The position numbers and the translations under genes are program-made. This document shows positions 1 to 10,430 of a stretch of DNA of 64,000 nucleotides, piece after piece. Source of the DNA: an uncultured Massilia sp. (GTDB lineage: Bacteria; Pseudomonadota; Gammaproteobacteria; Burkholderiales; Burkholderiaceae_D). Numbering within the stretch: position 1 is the stretch's first letter; each line of letters starts with the position of its first letter. The notes beneath the pieces are model-generated. The model searched no databases, was not told the DNA's origin, and saw only the letters and a list, made by a program, of their open reading frames with translations. The stretch spans positions 9 to 64,008 of the forward strand of contig CBIHLT010000003.1 of the NCBI GenBank assembly GCA_966210615.1, given 5' to 3'.

Positions 1-463
1 ATCCCCGACAGCACGCCGATCCCGCCACCCACCGCGAACATGCCGGGCGCCTTGGGCAGCTCGCGCGTCCCCGCCGGCTTTTTCCCGATCAGCATCTGGG
101 TCGCCGAGAAGGCCACGAACACACCGAAGAAAGCCGCCAGCACCGACGCATTCATCTGCTTGCCGAACCACGGCCCGATCCACGAGCCAACGACGATGCC
201 CGGCGCCAGCAGCTTCACCACCGGCCACAGGATCGCGCCGTGCGAATGATGCGCGCGCATCGAGGACAGCGAGGTAAACAGGATCGTGGCCAGCGAGGTC
301 GCAATCGCCATGTGCACCACCAGCTCGGGAGCGATGCCGCGCGCCGTGAAGATCATGGTAATGAAGGGCACCAGGATCATGCCGCCGCCGATGCCGAGCA
401 AACCGGCCGCGAAGCCGCCGAAGGTGCCCATCGCCAGCAGGGCGAGAATCAGCCAGGCGTCCA

Positions 464-464
<1 letters not shown>
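1..464 (-). CDS. Sulfite exporter TauE/SafE family membrane protein (N-terminal part; runs off the window)
   Basis: Manual translation from ATG at 464 gives MDAWLILALLAMGTFGGFAAGLLGIGGGMILVP...AIATSLATILFTSLSS, the TauE/SafE G-x-GGG start. The ATG overlaps the EVE gene stop (TGATG). Confidence 0.85.
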
Positions 465-934
<470 letters not shown>

Positions 935-987
935 CGCGCCTCCACATAAAACAAACCGCAAAAACAAACGCGCCGGTGGCGGCGCGC

Positions 988-1023
988 AAAAAAAAAGCGG
1001 TTGCGTACCGAGTGCGCAACCGC
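988..1023 (-). terminator. Rho-independent terminator after 6S RNA
   Basis: Stem GCGGTTGCG/CGCAACCGC (997-1023) followed on the minus strand by T9 (A9 at 988-996). Confidence 0.8.
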
Positions 1024-1029
1024 CTGTAT

Positions 1030-1209
1030 CTGTGCCCCGCCTGTGCCGTTTCTGCCGGCATCCCGAACCAGAACGGTTCAAGGTGGTCGCGGTCAGATCA
1101 ATTTCGGGTTCGTCGGACTAGCGACGCTCACGCCCATCGAACGTGTTCCACAACCTATGCGTAAGAATGGTTCAAGGAATATATGGCAAATCTCGAACAC
1201 CGCAGGGTA
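1030..1209 (-). ncRNA. ssrS: 6S RNA (ends approximate)
   Basis: Canonical position just downstream of zapA. About 180 nt with complementary ends (CCCTGCGGTGTTC...GGCACAGGCGGGG) and 6S-like ATTCCTTGAACC and ACCTTGAACC segments. Has its own promoter and terminator. Confidence 0.85.
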
Positions 1210-1215
1210 GTGCGC

Positions 1216-1243
1216 AGTTTACTCCCTTGGCCCGGCATGTCAA
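1216..1243 (-). promoter_or_regulatory. Sigma70-type promoter for ssrS
   Basis: Minus strand TTGACA (1243-1238), 16-nt spacer, TAAACT (1221-1216), about 7 nt before the predicted 6S 5' end. Confidence 0.65.
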
Positions 1244-1256
1244 ACGGTTTTGACCG

Positions 1257-1568
1257 TCAGGACAGATTTTCCTGTGGAGTGAGCGCTTTATCCAGGACCG
1301 TGTGCATCGCTTCCAGCTTCTGCTTGACTTCGAGGATCGACATGTCCGACAGCGGTCCCTGCGGCGACTTCACCGACAGGAATTCGGCCGCGACCGACAG
1401 CGCGGCCATGACCGCGATCCGGTCCGTCCCCTTGACCTTGCCCGAATCGCGCAACGCGCACATCTTGCCGTCGAGGTAGTGGACGGCTTCGCGCAAGGTG
1501 CGCTCCTCGCCCTCGCGGCAGGCCAGGCGATAAGGCTGGCCCATGATGGTGACGTCGAGATGGATCAT
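1257..1568 (-). CDS. zapA: Cell division protein ZapA
   Basis: MIHLDVTIMGQPYRLAC...AVHYLDGKM...DRIAVMAAL is ZapA-like. Start ATG 1568 overlaps the upstream stop. Confidence 0.92.
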   Translation of the reverse strand: MIHLDVTIMGQPYRLACREGEERTLREAVHYLDGKMCALRDSGKVKGTDRIAVMAALSVAAEFLSVKSPQGPLSDMSILEVKQKLEAMHTVLDKALTPQENLS

Positions 1569-1804
1569 TGAGTGGCCTCGCTTTCGTCCGCGCCGCCCTC
1601 GTCCGCATCCGGAGCCGGCGGCAGCTGCTCGAGCAGCGCTTCCACGCGGCGCTGCGCTTCCTGCAGCCGCTCCTTGAAGGCGACGTTCTCGACGCTCAGC
1701 AAGTGGTTGGCCTGGCGCAGCAGGTAATTCTCCGCACGCAGCGACTGGGTCAGCTGGGCGAGCCGGTCGATTTTGTCTGAGAGATCTTGGAATTCGGAAA
1801 TCAT
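1565..1804 (-). CDS. ZapB-like coiled-coil protein (DUF904-type)
   Basis: 79 aa heptad-rich (LSDKIDRLAQLTQSLRAEN...RVEALL), directly upstream of and overlapping zapA. Confidence 0.8.
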   Translation of the reverse strand: MISEFQDLSDKIDRLAQLTQSLRAENYLLRQANHLLSVENVAFKERLQEAQRRVEALLEQLPPAPDADEGGADESEATQ

Positions 1805-1809
1805 TCGAC

Positions 1810-1839
1810 ACTATAGGACTGAGATGGTTTTTCCGTCAA
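1810..1839 (-). promoter_or_regulatory. Sigma70-type promoter of the zapB-zapA unit
   Basis: Minus strand TTGACG (1839-1834), 18 nt, TATAGT (1815-1810), 5 nt before the ATG. Confidence 0.6.
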
Positions 1840-2014
1840 CCGAATCGCTGCAGAAAAGTCAATAGCTACCCGTGCGGCACAGTCGTGCGGCACGAACGCT
1901 CCCGGGAGTGTACCCTGCCGGGCTTGGCAGGCAGGCAAGGGGCGGCGAAGCCGGCCGATCCCTCCATTAGATTGTGCCATCGCAAAAAGATCAGTTAAAC
2001 AAGTCACACTGTGG

Positions 2015-2043
2015 CTTGAAATGGGTAATTATCGTCCCTATAA
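2015..2043 (+). promoter_or_regulatory. Sigma32 (RpoH) promoter of groESL
   Basis: CTTGAA (2015-2020), 14 nt, TCCCTATAA. Matches the CTTGAA/CCCCAT heat-shock consensus. Confidence 0.7.
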
Positions 2044-2070
2044 TTAGCACTCGTTAGTAGAGAGTGCTAA
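2044..2070. promoter_or_regulatory. CIRCE element (HrcA operator)
   Basis: Exact TTAGCACTC-N9-GAGTGCTAA. Confidence 0.97.
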
Positions 2071-2160
2071 CAACTCTTTGCAGCCGACGCAGCCGGCACC
2101 AAAAACCGGTGCGGCGGCAATTGATAGATAGTCAAACCATTGAAAGATAAGGAGTTTTGC

Positions 2161-2451
2161 ATGAACCTTCGTCCTCTGCACGATCGCGTAATCGTGAAGC
2201 GTCTCGACCAGGAAACCAAGACTGCATCCGGCCTGATCATCCCTGATGCCGCCGCCGAGAAGCCGGACCAGGGTGAGGTGCTCGCCGTCGGTAACGGCAA
2301 GGTGCAGGATAACGGCCAGGTTCGCCCGCTGGAAGTGAAGGTCGGCGACCGCGTGCTGTTCGGCAAGTACTCCGGCCAGGCCGTCAAGGTCAACGGCGAA
2401 GAACTGCTGGTGATGCGCGAAGAAGACATCATGGCCGTCGTGGCCCAGTAA
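2161..2451 (+). CDS. groES: Co-chaperonin GroES
   Basis: [14 protein letters not shown]...TASGLIIPD...[21 protein letters not shown] before ATG 2161. Confidence 0.99.
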   Translation: MNLRPLHDRVIVKRLDQETKTASGLIIPDAAAEKPDQGEVLAVGNGKVQDNGQVRPLEVKVGDRVLFGKYSGQAVKVNGEELLVMREEDIMAVVAQ

Positions 2452-2465
2452 TCCTCCCCCTCTAG

Positions 2466-4145
<1,680 letters not shown>

Positions 4146-4191
4146 TTGCCCCCGAGAGCCCGGCGCGGGCAACCGCGCCTGCCTCCACAAG

Positions 4192-4226
4192 AAAGCCCGC
4201 AGGGTTCGCGCCCTGCGGGCTTTTTG
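4192..4226 (+). terminator. Rho-independent terminator after groEL (probably bidirectional with the DoxX gene)
   Basis: AAAGCCCGCAGGG-loop-CCCTGCGGGCTTTTT. Confidence 0.85.
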
Positions 4227-4237
4227 CATTTTGCAGG

Positions 4238-4633
4238 CTAGGCGCGTGCAGGCGCGGCATGACGGCGCGCGGCGGGTCCCGCCTGCATGGCGCCGGCGCC
4301 ATCGCCGGCCAGGAGATGGATGAGCGAGAGGGCCGCCAGGAACAGCGCATAGCCGTTGCCGGCCGGGCCGGGCAAGGCATCGGCCAGCAAGGCCAGCATG
4401 GCGAAGGATGCCGCGCGGCCGTGCACGCCGAACACGAGCAGCAGACCGCCTGCCAGCTCCAGCAGCCCCGCCATCCAGGTCAGGGACGTAGGCATGCCCT
4501 GCTCCGCCAGGAAGACGGCGATGCCGGGCACGGAGAAGGCCGCCAGGGTCAGGCCGGCATGGGACAGCCACGCGGCGCCGAGGAAGAGGCGCAGCAGCAG
4601 TGCGGCGGTCGATAGGCGGGGATGGTCGGTCAT
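4238..4633 (-). CDS. DoxX family membrane protein
   Basis: LLLRLFLGAAWLSHA...AGLLELAGGLLLVFG...R.A motif, four hydrophobic segments; divergent from LysR. Confidence 0.8.
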   Translation of the reverse strand: MTDHPRLSTAALLLRLFLGAAWLSHAGLTLAAFSVPGIAVFLAEQGMPTSLTWMAGLLELAGGLLLVFGVHGRAASFAMLALLADALPGPAGNGYALFLAALSLIHLLAGDGAGAMQAGPAARRHAAPARA

Positions 4634-4706
4634 GATGGCTCCTTGCGTTCGGTGGTTGGGATGGGATGAGCATAGCTATGCATGAACGCAAGTAAAATAG
4701 GCATCC

Positions 4707-5603
4707 ATGAAACCACCGTATGCAAAGACGCAATCGAAGCTCGGCCTGCCCGACCTGGAGATCATCCTGGCCTTGCACCGGGGCCGCACCCTGGCCGGGG
4801 CGGCCGAGCGGCTGAGGGTCGACACCTCCACGGTGTTCCGTTCGATCAAGCGCATCGAAAAGGACATCGGCGAGCTGCTGTTCGAGCGCGGCCGCCAGGG
4901 CTATGTGGCGACGGAACTCGGGCGTACCCTGGCCAGCCACGCGGAGCGGATCGAAGCCCAGCTCGAGGAAGCGCGCGAAGCCGCCTTCGACCAGGCCGCC
5001 GAGCCGTCCGGCGCGCTGCGCCTCACCATGACCGACACACTGCTGCACAGCGTCCTGCTGCCGGTGCTGCCGCGTTTCAGCGCCGCTTACCCGCGCATTG
5101 GCCTGGAACTCGTCACCACCAACGTGCTGGCCAACCTGAGCCAGCGCGACGCCGACATCGCCATCCGCGTGACGTCCGCGCCGCCCGAGCACCTGGTCGG
5201 CATCCGGCTCGGCACCATGCGCTCGGCGGTCTATGCCGGCAAGGACTACCTGGCCGGGCAGCCGGAAGGCCGCCATTACAGCGAGATGGACTGGATCGCG
5301 CTCGACGACAGCCTGCCCGACCATCCCTCCCAGCACTGGCGCCGCCAGCACTATCCGAAGCTGGCGCCGCGCCACCGGCTCGGCAACCTGCTGGCGGTCG
5401 GCGGTGCGGTCGTGAACGGGATGGGCGTGGGGATCGTGCCGCTCGCGGTCCTGCGCGACCATCCGCAGGCCGTCATCGTCGAAGGACCCCTGCCCGAACT
5501 GGACATCGGCTTGTGGGCGCTGGCCCATCCGGATACCCGCTACCTCGGGCGCATGAAGGCGATGTTCGACTTCCTGCGCAGCGAGATCGCACTGCCGGCC
5601 TGA
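4707..5603 (+). CDS. LysR family transcriptional regulator
   Basis: N-terminal HTH (TLAGAAERLRVDTSTVFRSIKRIE...LFER) plus substrate-binding domain (ADIAIR); 298 aa. Confidence 0.95.
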   Translation: MKPPYAKTQSKLGLPDLEIILALHRGRTLAGAAERLRVDTSTVFRSIKRIEKDIGELLFERGRQGYVATELGRTLASHAERIEAQLEEAREAAFDQAAEPSGALRLTMTDTLLHSVLLPVLPRFSAAYPRIGLELVTTNVLANLSQRDADIAIRVTSAPPEHLVGIRLGTMRSAVYAGKDYLAGQPEGRHYSEMDWIALDDSLPDHPSQHWRRQHYPKLAPRHRLGNLLAVGGAVVNGMGVGIVPLAVLRDHPQAVIVEGPLPELDIGLWALAHPDTRYLGRMKAMFDFLRSEIALPA

Positions 5604-5706
5604 GCCCGTCGACACATTTGCTTACATCTGTTTCGCCGTGTTGACGGAAAGGTGTGCATCCGCCGGCTACAGTGGCGAAAAGACATCCAACGAACGGGGA
5701 CGACCC

Positions 5707-6045
5707 ATGAAACGATTTTCGATGTTCCTCCTGCCTGCCCTGCTGTTCGCCGTCCAGGCCCCGGCCAGCGCCGACTCATGGAAGCACGAGCGCCGCCACG
5801 GCTACCAGCGCGAGTACAAGGAATCCTATTGGGACGGCCACTGCAAGGTCGAGCGCAAGTTCAAGCGCAACGGCGACTACAAGGAAAAGCGCAAGTGCCG
5901 CGCCCCGCGCCATGTCTACCACGACCGCTACCGCTACGAGGAACCGGTGGTCTATTACGTGGAGCCGCGTCCGGTGTACGTGCGGCCGCGTCCGGTCTAT
6001 GTCGAGCCGGGCGTCTCGATCCACGGCAGCTTTTACTTCCGCTAG
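5707..6045 (+). CDS. Small exported hypothetical protein (Tyr/Arg-rich, PxYV-type repeats)
   Basis: Signal peptide MKRFSMFLLPALLFAVQAPASA, a Cys pair and PRPVYV repeats. TTGACG-18-TACAGT promoter at 5641-5670. Confidence 0.7.
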   Translation: MKRFSMFLLPALLFAVQAPASADSWKHERRHGYQREYKESYWDGHCKVERKFKRNGDYKEKRKCRAPRHVYHDRYRYEEPVVYYVEPRPVYVRPRPVYVEPGVSIHGSFYFR

Positions 6046-6118
6046 GCCAAGCCAGCTCATCTGTTGCCGCGCGGACAGGCATCGTTTAGTATGACCGCCT
6101 CACCCTACGAGGCTTCCC

Positions 6119-6586
6119 ATGTCCGATCGCGCCGCTTTCCCTTCTTCCCTGCGCCTGCTCGCCGTATCGCTGGCGCTCGCCTGTGCCTTTGCCGGCTGCA
6201 AGCGCGCCGAGCGCGAAGCGCCGCCGCAACCGGCCGCCGAAAAGCCGGCCGCACCGGTGGAGCGGACCAAGGAGCAGGCCATGAGCTCGCTGCTCGAACT
6301 GCCGGAACTGAAGGCCTGGTCGGATCAAATCGAAAAGCGCTCGGGCGGCAAGGCGCATGGGGCGGTGATCGAGGACGATCCGGTTCCGCGCGAGATCAAT
6401 GGCAAGAAGTACTACCAGCTGACCTTCGTCGAGAACCGCGCGGAGGATGTGCGCCGGCGGGAGAACTTCCTGGTGTCGCAGACCGGGGATGAGATCCTGG
6501 TTGAAGAGGTCGAGACGGACAAGCTGCTGAGCCTGCAGGAGTGGCGGCGCAAGATCAAGCGGGTGGAGCTCAAGAGCGCGGATTGA
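6119..6586 (+). CDS. Hypothetical lipoprotein
   Basis: Lipobox FAGC after a hydrophobic stretch; codon usage typical of the genome. Confidence 0.75.
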   Translation: MSDRAAFPSSLRLLAVSLALACAFAGCKRAEREAPPQPAAEKPAAPVERTKEQAMSSLLELPELKAWSDQIEKRSGGKAHGAVIEDDPVPREINGKKYYQLTFVENRAEDVRRRENFLVSQTGDEILVEEVETDKLLSLQEWRRKIKRVELKSAD

Positions 6587-6624
6587 ACGCGGCGGGCCGC
6601 AACCTGATATCCCTGAGTTACTCT

Positions 6625-6660
6625 AAAAACCGTCTCCCCGGCCTTCGCCGGGAGACGGTT
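6625..6660 (-). terminator. Terminator/REP-like hairpin after the alpha-glucosidase-glk operon
   Basis: AACCGTCTCCCCGGCCTTCGCCGGGAGACGGTT with an A-run on its left (a T-run on minus). Shares the GCCTTCGC core with the REP-like elements. Confidence 0.7.
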
Positions 6661-6680
6661 CGTGCGCTAACTGTCGTGTT

Positions 6681-8543
6681 TCAGCTATCGAGGTGCGAGA
6701 TAAGAAGGCGGTGTGGCTCTTCACCCTGCGCCTGCCCATGCTGCCCATCCACCGAAATCCCCACCGCCATGATGTCGATGAACAGCAGCTGCAGAATGCG
6801 CGAGATCATCGACAGGAAGCTGGTGCTGTCCTCCGCATGATCCACCGCCAGGCAAACACTGGCCTTGCGCGCCAGTGGCGACTGGCTGTTGCTGATGGCG
6901 ATCACGTCCGCGCCTACCGCGCGCGCCGCATCCACCGCATCCAGCAGCTCTTGAAGATTCCCCGAATTCGACACCGCGATCACCACATCCCCCGGCCCCA
7001 GCAGCTCGGCGGCCAGCTTGAACAGGTGCGCGTCGCCATACAGCGCCGTCGGAATCCGGAAGCGGAAGAATTTGTGCTGCCCATCCAGCGCCACCGCGCG
7101 TGCATTGCCCATCGCGTAGAACTCCACGCGCTTGGCCTTGCTCACCAGCTCGATGGCGCGGTCCAGCGAGCGCACGTCCAGCTGGTCGCGGAAGCGCAGG
7201 ATCGCCGACACCGTGTTGTCGATCACCTTGGCCGACAAGTCATGGGTGCTGTCGCTGACGCGCACCTGGCTGTGGCGCACCGGGATCGAGCCCGTCAGGC
7301 TGGACGCGAACTTGAGCTTGAACTCGGCCAGCCCCTGGAAACCCAGCGAACGGCAGAAGCGGATCACGGTCGGCTGGCTCACGTCGGCCAGGCGCGCGAT
7401 CTCGGCGATCGGCTCATTGAGCACCATGCGCGGCTGCTCGATGACCAGGGTGGCGACGCGCTGCTCGGCCGGCGAGAGTTCGTGGCGCAGTTGCTGGATG
7501 CGGTCCATCAGCGTGTTGGCGCCGCTCCTGCCGCGCAGGTGCTCGGCCAGGATGGTCGCCACGCCGTGGAAGGCAGGGTTCGGCGTCGTGATGACGTAGG
7601 TCGGGATGTCCTGCAGGTAGGTCGAGAACCGCCCCTTGGCCTCGAAGCGCGCGCGGAAGGGCGAACGCGAGAACCACTCTCCCATGCGCGGCACGATGCC
7701 GCCGCCGATGAAGATGCCCCCAAACGCGCCCAAGGTCACCGCCAGGTTGGCCGCCGCCCCGCCCAGCATGCCGCAGAAGCACTCCAGCACTTCCAGGCAC
7801 AGCGGATCGTCCGCTTCCAGCGCGCCGGCTACGATGGCGGCTGCGCTACGCGGCGGCGCGTCGACGCCATTACGCTGCGCGAGCGCGCGGTAGATGATTT
7901 CCATGCCCGGCCCGGAGATCAGGCGCTCGTTCGACACGTGCTGCCACTCGCGCCAGGCAAATTGAAGGATCGCGAACTCGCGCTCGTCGGCCGGCGCGAA
8001 GTTCACGTGACCGCCCTCGGAGCCGAGGGTGACGAAGCCGTCCGCCGTTGGGATCACGCCGGACACGCCCAGGCCCGTGCCCGGTCCCAGCACGCCGATC
8101 ACGGCGTTCGAGGCCGGCTTGCCCTGCCCCACCTGCATCAGGTCTTCCTGGGCGAAGCCCGGAATCGCCATGGCGAGCGCGGTGAAGTCGTTGACGATCA
8201 GGAGGGTCGACAGGCCCAGCTCGCGCCGCACCGCGTCGGTGGAAAACTCCCAGGCGCGGTTGGTCATGCGCACGTAGTCGCCGCTGATCGGGTTCGCTAC
8301 CGCGAAGGCGGCGTGGTGCAGGGACACGTCCGCGTGGTCCTGCAGGTAGTGGCGCAGCAGCGGGACGATGCCCGGGAAGTCGTCGCAGCGCAGCACGCTC
8401 ACCGAGCGGAACTGGCCCGGCGCGGTCTGCAGCGCGAAGCGCGCGTGGGTGGCGCCGATATCGGCCAGCAAGCGCGGACCGTCCGCGAAGGCAGCCCGCG
8501 CGAACTTATCCGGGTCTCGGTCCATGCGTTGCTGATTCGCCAT
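6681..8543 (-). CDS. glk: Bifunctional glucokinase / HexR (RpiR-family HTH-SIS) fusion, copy 1
   Basis: Glk motifs (ADIGATHARF, VNDFTALA, GPGTGLG, SEGGH) fused to the RpiR HTH (LSPAEQRVA...VSQPTVIRFCRSLG) and a SIS domain. Confidence 0.93.
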   Translation of the reverse strand: MANQQRMDRDPDKFARAAFADGPRLLADIGATHARFALQTAPGQFRSVSVLRCDDFPGIVPLLRHYLQDHADVSLHHAAFAVANPISGDYVRMTNRAWEFSTDAVRRELGLSTLLIVNDFTALAMAIPGFAQEDLMQVGQGKPASNAVIGVLGPGTGLGVSGVIPTADGFVTLGSEGGHVNFAPADEREFAILQFAWREWQHVSNERLISGPGMEIIYRALAQRNGVDAPPRSAAAIVAGALEADDPLCLEVLECFCGMLGGAAANLAVTLGAFGGIFIGGGIVPRMGEWFSRSPFRARFEAKGRFSTYLQDIPTYVITTPNPAFHGVATILAEHLRGRSGANTLMDRIQQLRHELSPAEQRVATLVIEQPRMVLNEPIAEIARLADVSQPTVIRFCRSLGFQGLAEFKLKFASSLTGSIPVRHSQVRVSDSTHDLSAKVIDNTVSAILRFRDQLDVRSLDRAIELVSKAKRVEFYAMGNARAVALDGQHKFFRFRIPTALYGDAHLFKLAAELLGPGDVVIAVSNSGNLQELLDAVDAARAVGADVIAISNSQSPLARKASVCLAVDHAEDSTSFLSMISRILQLLFIDIMAVGISVDGQHGQAQGEEPHRLLISHLDS

Positions 8544-10168
8544 CAGCGGCTCGCCACGCTGCCGAACCAGGCGCCGTAAGGCGGCAGGGTCACCTTGCCG
8601 GCTTTCGCATCACCCGGCAGGCCGTGCGTGTCCAGGACCGACGCGCCGGCGGTTTCCGGCCAGTCGAAGCTCACTTCGCGGTCCGAGAGATTGAAGGCGG
8701 CCAGCACGCTGTCCATGCCTTCCACGTGGCGGCGCAGGGCCAGCACCGGTTCCGGCGCGCCGAAGAAGTCGATCTCGCCGCGGGTCAGCTGCGGCATGCT
8801 GCGGCGCCAGCCGATGAAGCGGCGCTGGAAATTCAGCATCGATTCCGGATCCTTGTCCTGCTGCGCGACGTTGGCGGCGATATGCGGCTCAGCCACGGGC
8901 AGCCAGGGCTTGCCGGTGGTGAAGCCGGCGTGCGGCGCTTCGCCGGTCCAGGGCATCGGGGTGCGGCAGCCGTCGCGGCCCTTGAACTCCGGCCAGAAGG
9001 TGATGCCGTAGGGGTCCTGCAGCAGTTCGTAAGGCACGTCCGCCTCGACCAAGGCCAGTTCGTCGCCCTGGTACAGGCAAGGCGTGCCCTTGAGCGAGAG
9101 CTGCATCGCCAGCACCAGCTTGCCCAGCGCAGGCGTGGGGTTGGCACCGCCCCAGCGGGTCATGACGCGGATGGCGTCGTGGTTGCCGACCGACCAGGAG
9201 GCCCAGCCGTCCTTCACGCGCTCGTTGAAGTCCTCGACCTGCTTGCGGATGTGCGCGGCCGTGAATACCGGCGTGAGCAGGTTGAAGCTGTAGGCCATGT
9301 GCAGCTTGTCGCCGCCTTCGGTGTACTCGGCCATCTGCTCCAGCGCGTCGTCCGAGCTGACTTCGCCGATCGAGACCGCGCCGAACTCGTTCAGCTGGGC
9401 GCGCACCTTCTGCAGGAAGGCGATGTTCTCCGGCTGGGTCTTGTCGTAGAGGTGCGCCTGCATGCCGTAGGGGTTCACGTCGGTGACGGTCGAGGTGTCG
9501 CGCACCAGGGCCGGCGGGTTGCTGCGCAGCTGGCGATCGTGGAAGTGGAACACGCAGGCGTCCATGCGCACGCCGTCCACGCCGCGTTCGAGCCAGAAGC
9601 GCTGGGCGTCCAGGTGGGCCTGCTGCACCTCCGGGTTGTGGAAGTTCAGCTGCGGCTGGCTCACCAGGAAGTTGTGCATGTAGTACTGCTTGCGGCGGGT
9701 ATCCCACTGCCATGCCGAGCCGCCGAACACGGACAGCCAGTTGTTCGGGGGATTGCCGTCCGGCAGCGGATCGGCCCAGACATACCAGTCCGACTTCGGG
9801 TTGTCCCGGCTGGAACGGCTCTCGACGAACCACGGATGGGTGTCGGCGGTGTGCGACATCACCTGGTCGATCATGATCTTGAGGCCCAGGCTGTGCGCCT
9901 TGGCGATCAGGCGGTCGAAGTCCGCCAGGTTGCCGAACAGCGGGTCGACGTCGCAGTAGTCGGCGATGTCGTAGCCGAAGTCCTTCATCGGCGACTTGAA
10001 GAAAGGAGACAGCCAGACGATGTCCACGCCCAGGCTGGCGATGTAATCGAGTTTTTCGGTAATGCCGGCCAGGTCGCCCACGCCGTCGCCGTTGGTATCG
10101 AGGTAGCTGCGCGGATAAACCTGGTAGATGATGGCTTCGCGCCACCAGTTCGGATTAGTCTGGGTCAT
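8543..10168 (-). CDS. GH13 alpha-glucosidase (cytoplasmic)
   Basis: WWREAIIYQVYPRSY.D.NGDG.GDL, DFGYD, RMDA (nucleophile), GEVS, NHD; no signal peptide. Start trimmed to ATG 10168. Confidence 0.95.
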   Translation of the reverse strand: MTQTNPNWWREAIIYQVYPRSYLDTNGDGVGDLAGITEKLDYIASLGVDIVWLSPFFKSPMKDFGYDIADYCDVDPLFGNLADFDRLIAKAHSLGLKIMIDQVMSHTADTHPWFVESRSSRDNPKSDWYVWADPLPDGNPPNNWLSVFGGSAWQWDTRRKQYYMHNFLVSQPQLNFHNPEVQQAHLDAQRFWLERGVDGVRMDACVFHFHDRQLRSNPPALVRDTSTVTDVNPYGMQAHLYDKTQPENIAFLQKVRAQLNEFGAVSIGEVSSDDALEQMAEYTEGGDKLHMAYSFNLLTPVFTAAHIRKQVEDFNERVKDGWASWSVGNHDAIRVMTRWGGANPTPALGKLVLAMQLSLKGTPCLYQGDELALVEADVPYELLQDPYGITFWPEFKGRDGCRTPMPWTGEAPHAGFTTGKPWLPVAEPHIAANVAQQDKDPESMLNFQRRFIGWRRSMPQLTRGEIDFFGAPEPVLALRRHVEGMDSVLAAFNLSDREVSFDWPETAGASVLDTHGLPGDAKAGKVTLPPYGAWFGSVASR

Positions 10169-10310
10169 GGCTGAGGTCCGGGTTGAATTTCTAGCCAATA
10201 TACAGGAGGAAAGAAAACTTTACAATTCAAGCAGCTGAGCGCTTAATCACATTAATTTCTTTAAATTCAACTACTTGTAAATTTTATTTGCGTCGACGCA
10301 ACATATGTCA

Positions 10311-10325
10311 CGTAACTAAACTACG
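10311..10325. promoter_or_regulatory. Degenerate copy of the TGTAGT-N3-ACTACA palindrome
   Basis: CGTAAC-TAA-ACTACG in the AT-rich divergent region between the alpha-glucosidase and POT transporter genes. Confidence 0.45.
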
Positions 10326-10430
10326 TAACATCTCCACCTGCCAACATGTCGGTGAGATATTTTTATTGCAAAGTAGCTCAGCCTCGGCATAGGATCGCGT
10401 CTGTTTCGCATAATCGGGAAAACGAAGCCC

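Noticed and set aside
4670-4681. GCATAGCTATGC palindrome between doxX and lysR
   Set aside because: Plausibly part of the ordinary LysR divergent control region, but too short and GC-palindrome-prone to support a specific claim.
5940-6010. CCGCGTCCGGT direct repeats
   Set aside because: They encode PRPVYV peptide repeats of the small exported protein.
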